Part shown: piece after piece, positions 6,322 to 12,757 of the stretch
Layout of the letters: each line of letters begins with the position of its first letter
Position numbering within the stretch: the stretch's first letter is position 1
Origin: an uncultured bacterium
Lineage (GTDB): Bacteria; Hydrogenedentota; Hydrogenedentia; Hydrogenedentales; JAEUWI01
Assembly (NCBI GenBank): GCA_963977445.1
Contig: CAXBPH010000204.1
Location: forward strand, 1-12,757
Direction: 5' to 3'
DNA length: 12,757 nt
Notes under the pieces: model-generated
The model's input: only the letters and a program-made list of their open reading frames with translations
What the model was told of the DNA's origin: nothing
Databases searched by the model: none
Position numbers and translations under genes: made by a program

Positions 6322-7305
6322 TTAGTTCTCCACCGCAAGGAAGGATTGGTACATGCCGTCGAAGTCGGGTTCCTTATCCGCTGCGACGTCGAATACGTAG
6401 AGCCCAAAGCGCACGGGGAGGACACGGCCCTTTTCCACGGGCGTGCTGTCTGGCGCTACGGCGTCATCCTTGGGCCCGGTCATGGCTTTCTTGCCGAAGG
6501 GGTTGGCCACGATGAGTCCATAGTCCCGGGAATGAAACCAGGCGGGACGGAAGTTCTTGGGCGATGCCATGACGTTGATACCAACCCAACGATCATCGAG
6601 CTTTCCGAAACCGGCACACCAATCGGCGTTTTTGCCCCAGGTACCTGCTTCCTGTTTGCCGCCCGCACTGTTGCGGATCAGGCCACCACCGTGACGCACG
6701 CTGAGGGGCGTGGCCACCCGTACGCCGAAGCCCATTTCTTCCTGGTCCCCAAAGGCAAAGGGGCCCTCCGGGGAACGAAAGATACTGGTGGCGACCATGA
6801 GATAGCCATTTTCCTCGGCTTTGATGCTATAGAGGCACTGCTCTTCACACACAACCGTCGCAGGCTCGGTGGGCGCTTCGTAGGCATTCTGCACCGTGAA
6901 CATGAGGGTTCCATCGACCAACACGGGCTCCATGGCAAATCGAATATGGCGAACCCGGGCGTTGTTGCGCCAGAAGTCCGCTCCATTGATATCGCCAAAG
7001 GCCAGCCAGGCACCGGGGTGGAAATCGGGGTGGTCTACGTTGTCTTTGTCGATGACCGGATCGGTGGGATGATTGCGGGATACGGGGACGCCATCGGGCG
7101 TCATGAGTCCTTCGAAATAGGGGCGGGGCAACGTCGCATCTTCCCAGACATAGGTGACGATGGGTTGGGTGCCCATACGTATTTCCAGACTGCTCTCCCC
7201 TTTTTCAAAGCTGATTGCCGGGGCAGCAGCAACCGCTCCCATGGGAATGGCAAGCGCTACCGACAGGGCCACTGCCACACGGGTTGCCCATAATTTTCGT
7301 GCCAT
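6322..7305 (-). CDS. Secreted DUF6807 / 'PmoA-family' (PF14100-type) protein, 327 aa; not methane monooxygenase
   Basis: Signal-peptide-like N-terminus. Motifs DHPDFHPGAWLAFGDINGADFW, GDQEEMGFGVRVA, TWGKNADW and WFHSRDYGLIVANPFG. GGGAG RBS upstream of ATG 7305. Confidence 0.75.
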   Translation of the reverse strand: MARKLWATRVAVALSVALAIPMGAVAAAPAISFEKGESSLEIRMGTQPIVTYVWEDATLPRPYFEGLMTPDGVPVSRNHPTDPVIDKDNVDHPDFHPGAWLAFGDINGADFWRNNARVRHIRFAMEPVLVDGTLMFTVQNAYEAPTEPATVVCEEQCLYSIKAEENGYLMVATSIFRSPEGPFAFGDQEEMGFGVRVATPLSVRHGGGLIRNSAGGKQEAGTWGKNADWCAGFGKLDDRWVGINVMASPKNFRPAWFHSRDYGLIVANPFGKKAMTGPKDDAVAPDSTPVEKGRVLPVRFGLYVFDVAADKEPDFDGMYQSFLAVEN

Positions 7306-7347
7306 CGTCGTACTCCCTTTCCTGCCACCCTGCGGGCGGTCGTCTAT

Positions 7348-8529
7348 TTAGTTGCGACCAATGCCAAATTGCGTATCGATCCAGGTGTAGGCCAAGTCCC
7401 GGCCTTCCTTTGGAAATCGATGCTTACCGGGAACGAGTTCCCCGTGAAATTTGTCTGCTGCACCATAGAGGCCATACACGTTCGTGAGCTGGGTGTAAAT
7501 ATCGGCCAGGTTGTCGGTATTCGGAAAAATATCGTCTTCCAGGGTCGCCCAATTGAAATAGGGACGTGGTGCGATGGCGGCGATGATCTCGTGCCAGTCC
7601 AGGGGGGCTTCCTTGATGTCTTCGACGTAAAACCCGAGTCGGGGCATGAGGGCAGTGAGATTGCTCCAACGATCAGGACGATTATCGGTCCGGAGAGTGT
7701 TGAAACCACAACTGGCCACGGCAAAGTTTATTCTGGGCTCGAAAATTGTCCCCATGATTGAGCCATAGGCCCCGTGGGAGTGGCCAATGACACCAATCGC
7801 CTTGGCGTCCACCTCCGGACGGGTTTCAAGGTAGTCGACAATGCAGGCTAGGTCATAGCTCATCTTTCCGAAGAAGGACCACTGGGGATGGCGCGCATAA
7901 AAGGCGAGGGCATCGTGGTAGGGCTGGGTACCTTCGGGAATTCGTTCTCCAAAACCAATTACGTCGGGCACGATGCAGATGTATCCCCGTTTGGCCAGTT
8001 CGTCGGCAAAGGCCATATCGGGATTGCCCACCATACCGCAGGCTTCCTGCTTGCCCGGTGCCTGGGTCTGGTGCAACACGATCATGGCGGGCGTGGGGCC
8101 GGCTGCGGGGTGCCCTGACTGGTGAACGGGCTCCTTGGGCAGCAAGAGATAGGCAGGAATCGGGTCCCCCGCCTCCCCGGGCACACGCAGGTGAATCCGG
8201 GTGTATTCGGGCAGTTTTTCCTCACCCAATATCTCGACCGCCCCCGTGTCCCGCACGATATCGGTCGGTGTACCCAGAATGGTCGAGAGGGTCTGCTTGA
8301 TGCCGTCCCGCTTCGCTTCCCACGCGGCCACCGTGGTGATGGGGCCCTCGGCACCATCGAGTAAGGGCAGCAACGCGGGGTTACCTGCCTGTCGCGTCGA
8401 AAGTTCAGGAGCTTGCACGCCCGTGCTCTCCTGCCAGGCCTCCCAGGTAAAACCCGGCCAGGCCCAGGCCGTTGAGCCGGAAATCCCAATTAGGAATGCG
8501 CTTATCACGCGCGTGACGGTGAACTGCAT
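7348..8529 (-). CDS. Secreted alpha/beta-fold hydrolase (dienelactone hydrolase/esterase-like), 393 aa
   Basis: Nucleophile elbow IGHSHG, IPAYLLLP, FGER, APRP, DDIFP and terminal GKHRF. Start moved to ATG 8529, which has a GGAGG RBS and is followed by a signal peptide MQFTVTRVISAFLIGISGSTAWA. Confidence 0.85.
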   Translation of the reverse strand: MQFTVTRVISAFLIGISGSTAWAWPGFTWEAWQESTGVQAPELSTRQAGNPALLPLLDGAEGPITTVAAWEAKRDGIKQTLSTILGTPTDIVRDTGAVEILGEEKLPEYTRIHLRVPGEAGDPIPAYLLLPKEPVHQSGHPAAGPTPAMIVLHQTQAPGKQEACGMVGNPDMAFADELAKRGYICIVPDVIGFGERIPEGTQPYHDALAFYARHPQWSFFGKMSYDLACIVDYLETRPEVDAKAIGVIGHSHGAYGSIMGTIFEPRINFAVASCGFNTLRTDNRPDRWSNLTALMPRLGFYVEDIKEAPLDWHEIIAAIAPRPYFNWATLEDDIFPNTDNLADIYTQLTNVYGLYGAADKFHGELVPGKHRFPKEGRDLAYTWIDTQFGIGRN

Positions 8530-8553
8530 GGTGTGATTCCTCCGGTGCATGGT

Positions 8554-8582
8554 TTGCGCATCGCTCCCGCGTCGGATAGTAT
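8554..8582 (+). promoter_or_regulatory. Candidate sigma70 promoter in the 93-bp divergent intergenic region
   Basis: TTGCGC (8554-8559), 17-nt spacer, TAGTAT (8577-8582). An overlapping minus-strand TATACT (8578-8583) could serve the hydrolase operon. Confidence 0.35.
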
Positions 8583-8622
8583 AGGCCCTTCGCAAACGCA
8601 GTATAGTTAAAAGGAAAATAGC

Positions 8623-9660
8623 ATGGTAGCACAAGACAGTCCTCCCCTTGGCATCGGTATTGTAGGGGCCGGATTCATGGGACAGACCTACGCCCGAACC
8701 ATCGTTACCCAGACTACGGGCGCCACGCTAAAAGCGGTGGCCGTCGGCAGTCGTGCCGGGGAATTGGCCAAGGAGTACGGTATCGATTGTGAGGATAGCC
8801 TGGAAGCCCTCCTGGCCCGGGACGATATCGACCTCGTCTGTATCGCCACCCCCCACGCCCTCCACGGCCCCCAGGGATTGGCTGCGGCGAAGGCGGGAAA
8901 GCACCTTCTCATTGATAAGCCCATGGCCTGTAGCGCGGCGGAATGCGACGCCATCCTCGCGGCCTGCACCGCCAGCAATCTTCGGTGTGACATTACCTAT
9001 ACCCAGCGCGACCGGGTCTGCAACACGGAAATGAAACGTATCATTGATAGTGGCACCCTCGGCAAGGTGCGGCACATCCACAACGTGCAAGTGGTACCCG
9101 ATGGCATGAAGAGTACCCCCGCCTGGCAGTTGGAAAAAGAAAACGTCGGCATACTCATGGGGCACGGCATCCACAACATCGACCAGGTCCGGTGGCTGAC
9201 CGGCCTCGAGGTCACCCAGGTTTTCGGCAAGGTCCGCGCCTTTGATGATGCCTACGCAGTAGACAGCACGGCCGACCTGATTCTCACCCTGGAAGACGGC
9301 ACGGTCTGCACGATTTTCTGCTCCTTTGAAGTGCCGGCCCCGGGGATTCCGCGAACGGGTGGTGCAACACAGGTTACGCTGGAAAAGGGCCTCATCGACG
9401 CCGACTGGTATGGCGAACTGCGGGTGGCCGAGGCCGGCGCGGATTGGCAGGTCGTGGCCCAACAGGAAAAAATCGATTGGGCCGGCAAAGGCTTTCTCGA
9501 TCCTGTGCGCCTTTCGACCTACGCCAAGGCCCTGCAGCGCCTGATTGATGGCGTTCATCGGGGAGATATGCAGGGCACCGGATGGGATGGGCGCCAGGCC
9601 GTCGCTATCGCCGAAGCCGCCTATGCGTCCAGCCGAAGTGGCACCGAGATTACGCTGTAA
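8623..9660 (+). CDS. Gfo/Idh/MocA family NAD(P)-dependent oxidoreductase (345 aa)
   Basis: GIGIVGAGFMG Rossmann motif, DIDLVCIATPHALH, AGKHLLIDKPMA (EKP-type motif), GILMGHGIHNID, and a C-terminal GRQAVAIAEAAYAS helix. AAGGA RBS. Confidence 0.92.
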   Translation: MVAQDSPPLGIGIVGAGFMGQTYARTIVTQTTGATLKAVAVGSRAGELAKEYGIDCEDSLEALLARDDIDLVCIATPHALHGPQGLAAAKAGKHLLIDKPMACSAAECDAILAACTASNLRCDITYTQRDRVCNTEMKRIIDSGTLGKVRHIHNVQVVPDGMKSTPAWQLEKENVGILMGHGIHNIDQVRWLTGLEVTQVFGKVRAFDDAYAVDSTADLILTLEDGTVCTIFCSFEVPAPGIPRTGGATQVTLEKGLIDADWYGELRVAEAGADWQVVAQQEKIDWAGKGFLDPVRLSTYAKALQRLIDGVHRGDMQGTGWDGRQAVAIAEAAYASSRSGTEITL

Positions 9661-9757
9661 ACCTGGGAAAATCGGTGGCTGGCCCAATCGTAAAAAGACG
9701 CCGAGGCCGGTGAATAGAACCGGCCGTCGCGGTGTATACTTGGCAGTACGACGGGAA

Positions 9758-9786
9758 TAGCAGTTCCCCTGGGAACATGCTACACT
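9758..9786 (+). promoter_or_regulatory. Palindrome overlapping an extended -10 element upstream of the PspA-like gene
   Basis: TAGCA-GTTCCC-CT-GGGAAC-A-TGCTA (9758-9782) overlaps TG-C-TACACT (9778-9786). Confidence 0.35.
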
Positions 9787-9844
9787 GGACGAACCTACAC
9801 ATAGCCCCACCGATTAACGGTACCTTGCAGGAGGATTGAGACGA

Positions 9845-10678
9845 ATGATGCGCGCAATTGGACGATGGTTTAAATCCATTGGATATTTCTTTTCTGGCAA
9901 TATTGATGCGAACCGCCGTAATTTGGACACCAATCCCCATGTTATGGCGGCCCGCTATGACGATATCGTTCGTGATAAGACCGGCCGATTCCATCAATAT
10001 AAGCAGGCCGTGGCCGCCTTGATCGCCCAACAGGAGGGCAAGATTCATACGGCGAAGACCCTCACCGAAGAAACACGCAAGTTGGAGACCCTCAAAGCAG
10101 GTGCTCTGGCCAAGGCCAAGAAGAAGGTGGAAGAATTAAAGGGACAGGGCGTAGCCCAGGACCAGATTCGCAATAACGACGACTACATGAAGTGTCTGTC
10201 GGCCTACAACGATTTCACCTCTACGCTGACCGAGAAGAACCAGCGCATTGAAGAGCTCGAAAAGGATATCGACGACTACGGTGCCCGCATCAATGAGCAC
10301 AAGCTTCAGATGCAGGGACTCATGCGTGAGATCGACGAAATACGTGAAGAGTCGAAGGACGCCGTTGCCGATGTGATTTCCGCAAAAGAAGAAAAAGAAA
10401 TCTCTGACGCGTTGGCGGGACTTTCCCAGGATGGCAGCGATGCCGACCTCCAGGAATTGCGCAAACTCCGCACCGAGGTGAAGGCGGAAGCCCGTATCTC
10501 GAAAGAATTGAGCGGCACGAAAGAATTGGCCCTCGAACAAGAATTCCTGGCCTATGCCCAGCAATCGGAGCATAGCGATGAATTCGATGCCCTCATCGGT
10601 CTGGCAGAGTCCGCCGAAACGAGTGCCCCGGCAGCCGAAACCACCGAAGCGGAGCGCCTGCCCGGACTTCCCGAATAG
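9845..10678 (+). CDS. PspA/IM30/Vipp1-like (ESCRT-III superfamily) coiled-coil protein, 277 aa
   Basis: N-terminal amphipathic helix MRAIGRWFKSIGYFFSG, then LDTNPHVM (cf. the PspA E-D/N-P turn) and long heptad helices (YKQAVAALIAQ..., LEKDIDDY...LMREIDEIREE). Ends with LEQEF...DEFDAL and a flexible tail. ATG 9845 chosen because GGAGGA lies 9 nt upstream. Confidence 0.7.
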   Translation: MMRAIGRWFKSIGYFFSGNIDANRRNLDTNPHVMAARYDDIVRDKTGRFHQYKQAVAALIAQQEGKIHTAKTLTEETRKLETLKAGALAKAKKKVEELKGQGVAQDQIRNNDDYMKCLSAYNDFTSTLTEKNQRIEELEKDIDDYGARINEHKLQMQGLMREIDEIREESKDAVADVISAKEEKEISDALAGLSQDGSDADLQELRKLRTEVKAEARISKELSGTKELALEQEFLAYAQQSEHSDEFDALIGLAESAETSAPAAETTEAERLPGLPE

Positions 10679-10682
10679 CGTG

Positions 10683-12518
10683 ATGGAGTCAGCATCTTCC
10701 TTGGAATCACCCCACTATCCCTTCCTGCGTAAGGCGGGGCGCATCCTCAATTCGGGTCAATCCCGTACCCTCACGCTGACTGGAAATATTTACGACCTTT
10801 TTTGTCGGAAGAATGATGGGGCGGGGGAATATGTTCCGCTTATCGATTTCCTACTGGCCCACTGGTCTATCCCCAACCACATTGTTATCGTCTACGAGCT
10901 GAATGGACCCATTCGTTTTGTAAACGAAGGCGATCAGGCGCTTCTCCGCGATGCATGGCTGCGTTGGCGCACCGGGTTGAACCCCGACGACCTCGCCATA
11001 AAACGCATGCTGTCCCGTGGGAAAATCGACGCGGAAACCGCGTTGCACCAGAAGGACTTTGACCAGCAACTCCACCAGGCGATTGGTCAACCCACCGTCG
11101 CGCTGGAGCTACTGCGCCAGTTTTGCCTCTGTTCGCGCAGCGCGATAAACGGCGTGCCCCTATTGTCCCAGAATCTCATTGTCCTCGTCGAGGGGGCAGA
11201 TTTGATCCTGCCCGAGGGCGAAGTCACCCGCCTCTCTGATCGGGACCGTCATCGCCTCCATATTTGCTACGACTGGTTTTCCGACCCCGGCTTCGTCAAC
11301 GGCAATGACTCGGTCATCCTCATCGCCGAATCCCGCAGTCAACTCAACCAGCGGGTCGGGCGACTCCCCCACCTTCTCGATGTCGCCATCCCGGCTCCCG
11401 ACGAGTCGGTGCGGGCCCACTTCATTGCCACCTATCGTGCGTCCCTGGGCGACGGCCCCTCCCTCAATCTATGGGGAACCGATGCCGACCTCGCACGGGC
11501 CACGGCCGGCCTGTCCATCCATGCCCTCATGCAACTCCTGAAGGGGGCAATCCACGATGGGACCCCCCTCCGCCAGGAGCGCGTCGTAGAAAAGGTCGCC
11601 GACTACATTGCCAGTCAGTTGGGCGAAGACATGGTGGAGTTCAAACGCCCGGCCCACACCCTGGACGATGTGGTGGGCTTTGCTCGTCTTAAAGAGTTTT
11701 TGCGTGAAGAGTTTATGCCCCGGGTGTCTGCCGAAGGGGACGATGCCCTGCCCGGTGCCGCCGTGGGTGGGGCGATCGGCAGCGGGAAGACCTTCATTTT
11801 CGAAGCGGTCGCTGCGGAACTCGATATGGTCGTCCTGGTGCTGAAAAACATTCGCAGCCAGTGGTACGGTCAGACCGACGTGCTTTTTGAGCGCCTCCGC
11901 CGCGTGTTGGAAGCCCTGAACAAGGTGCTCATCTTCGTCGATGAGGCCGATACCCAGTTTGGCGGTGTCGGCGCCGAGGAACATGCTACCGAACGACGCC
12001 TCACGGGAAAAATCCAGGCCATGATGTCGGACCCACGTCTCCGGGGTCAGGTCACCTGGCTGCTCATGACCGCACGCATCCATCTGCTCTCGCCGGACAT
12101 TCGACGTCCGGGACGGGTAGGGGATCTCATCATTCCCGTGCTCGACCCGGAAGGCGACGACCGAAAGGCCTTTATTCATTGGATGGTGAAACCCGTCCTG
12201 GGCGACACGATTGACGAAGCCACCATTGCAGCCCTCACGCTGGCAACGAAGGGCTTTGCTGCGGCCAACTTCGCGGCCATGCGCTCCGAACTGAAAGCCC
12301 GCCATCGCCTCGTCGGCCACCTGAGCCTCGAAGGTGCCCTGGAAGCCATCCACGATCATCTTCCGCCGCCCATTGAAGATACGCGACGCTATCAGACCTT
12401 GCAGGCCCTGGTGAATTGTACCCGACGCAGCCTGCTGCCCGATCCCGGCGCGACCGACGAGGAACGAGCCGCCTGGGGCGATGAAATTCGTGCACTTGAG
12501 GCACGGGGAATTCGGTAA
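10683..12518 (+). CDS. Classical-clade AAA+ ATPase with a degenerate N-terminal AAA-like module (611 aa)
   Basis: TLDDVVGFARLKEFL, Walker A GAIGSGKT, pore loop RSQWYGQ, Walker B LIFVDEAD, SRH with RRPGR. The N-terminal half has remnants TLTGNIYD and IVLVEGAD. Start at ATG 10683 (or GTG 10680), 4 nt after the upstream stop; the track start at 10554 overlaps the previous gene. Confidence 0.9.
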   Translation: MESASSLESPHYPFLRKAGRILNSGQSRTLTLTGNIYDLFCRKNDGAGEYVPLIDFLLAHWSIPNHIVIVYELNGPIRFVNEGDQALLRDAWLRWRTGLNPDDLAIKRMLSRGKIDAETALHQKDFDQQLHQAIGQPTVALELLRQFCLCSRSAINGVPLLSQNLIVLVEGADLILPEGEVTRLSDRDRHRLHICYDWFSDPGFVNGNDSVILIAESRSQLNQRVGRLPHLLDVAIPAPDESVRAHFIATYRASLGDGPSLNLWGTDADLARATAGLSIHALMQLLKGAIHDGTPLRQERVVEKVADYIASQLGEDMVEFKRPAHTLDDVVGFARLKEFLREEFMPRVSAEGDDALPGAAVGGAIGSGKTFIFEAVAAELDMVVLVLKNIRSQWYGQTDVLFERLRRVLEALNKVLIFVDEADTQFGGVGAEEHATERRLTGKIQAMMSDPRLRGQVTWLLMTARIHLLSPDIRRPGRVGDLIIPVLDPEGDDRKAFIHWMVKPVLGDTIDEATIAALTLATKGFAAANFAAMRSELKARHRLVGHLSLEGALEAIHDHLPPPIEDTRRYQTLQALVNCTRRSLLPDPGATDEERAAWGDEIRALEARGIR

Positions 12519-12647
12519 CACGTAGCTGCACCCCGAACACAGATTCTCTCGATAACTGGCCCCCACCAACAAGTTGTGCTACCGAAAAGCTGCCCTGCAT
12601 TCTGCAGACCTTCACAGGGCAATCGCATTAAAATGGTTCAGGGGGAA

Positions 12648-12757
12648 TTAATGGGTGCCAAGAGAGACTCGCTCCGCCAAAACAAACTGAACCCACCAAT
12701 CGAGCCGCGCGATCCGGTATTTCCGGTCGAAGATGCGCCGTAGGAGGATTCGTGCGC
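12648..12757 (-). CDS. Possible 3' end of a convergent gene entering from the right edge (...ARILLRRIFDRKYRIARLDWWVQFVLAERVSLGTH*)
   Basis: Open minus-strand frame from the window edge to TAA at 12648-12650 with protein-like composition. Too short to assign, and the other two minus frames are also open here. Confidence 0.3.
   Translation of the reverse strand, partial: ARILLRRIFDRKYRIARLDWWVQFVLAERVSLGTH

Noticed and set aside
5441..7293. Long alternative ORFs 5441..6298 (-, 285 aa) and 6181..7293 (+, 370 aa)
   Set aside because: Off-frame or antisense shadows of well-supported genes in GC-rich DNA, with no recognisable motifs.
6322..7305. Methane monooxygenase pmoA
   Set aside because: The 'PmoA family' label of this domain is misleading. 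The protein is soluble with a signal peptide, whereas true PmoA is polytopic, and no pmoB/pmoC genes are present.
8530..8634. N-terminal extension of the hydrolase to 428 aa
   Set aside because: It would overlap the divergent oxidoreductase start. ATG 8529 has a GGAGG RBS and begins a signal peptide.
9702..9729. Hairpin GGCCGGT/ACCGGCC after the oxidoreductase as an intrinsic terminator
   Set aside because: No U-tract follows on the + strand, so its function cannot be supported.
8728..12572. Antisense ORFs 8728..9810 (360 aa) and 11469..12572 (367 aa)
   Set aside because: Antisense shadows of the oxidoreductase and the AAA+ ATPase, with no protein-family features.
12651..12743. 30-aa + strand ORF (MGAKRDSLRQNKLNPP...) with GGGGGA upstream, as a third gene of the PspA/AAA operon
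   Set aside because: It is 130 nt from the ATPase stop, has no recognisable features, and overlaps a more protein-like minus-strand frame entering from the window edge.

Overview
GC-rich bacterial chromosomal window with three blocks. (1) A small sulfotransferase gene and a convergent Cys/His-rich hypothetical gene, then tRNA-Leu(UAA) with its terminator. (2) Directly after the tRNA, an accessory array of three intact, diverged GIY-YIG nuclease/DUF4357-type genes with a period of about 1.0 kb. Each gene is preceded by a 31-35 codon micro-ORF, missed by the ORF track, that overlaps its start through ATGA. The best-preserved micro-ORF reads like the N-terminal helix of a type I R-M HsdM subunit. 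An eroded fourth unit runs into REP-like palindromes. No integrase and no hsdR/M/S genes are in the window. (3) A minus-strand operon (secreted alpha/beta hydrolase, secreted DUF6807/'PmoA-family' protein, ceramidase-like CREST membrane hydrolase), a divergent Gfo/Idh/MocA oxidoreductase, and a two-gene operon. That operon encodes a PspA/IM30 (ESCRT-III-like) coiled-coil protein ending in a MIM2-like LPGLP motif and a classical-clade AAA+ ATPase with a degenerate N-terminal AAA module. The two best candidates for under-described systems are the micro-ORF + GIY-YIG array and the ESCRT-III-like/AAA+ pair. All family calls come from motif recognition by eye; no database searches were run.
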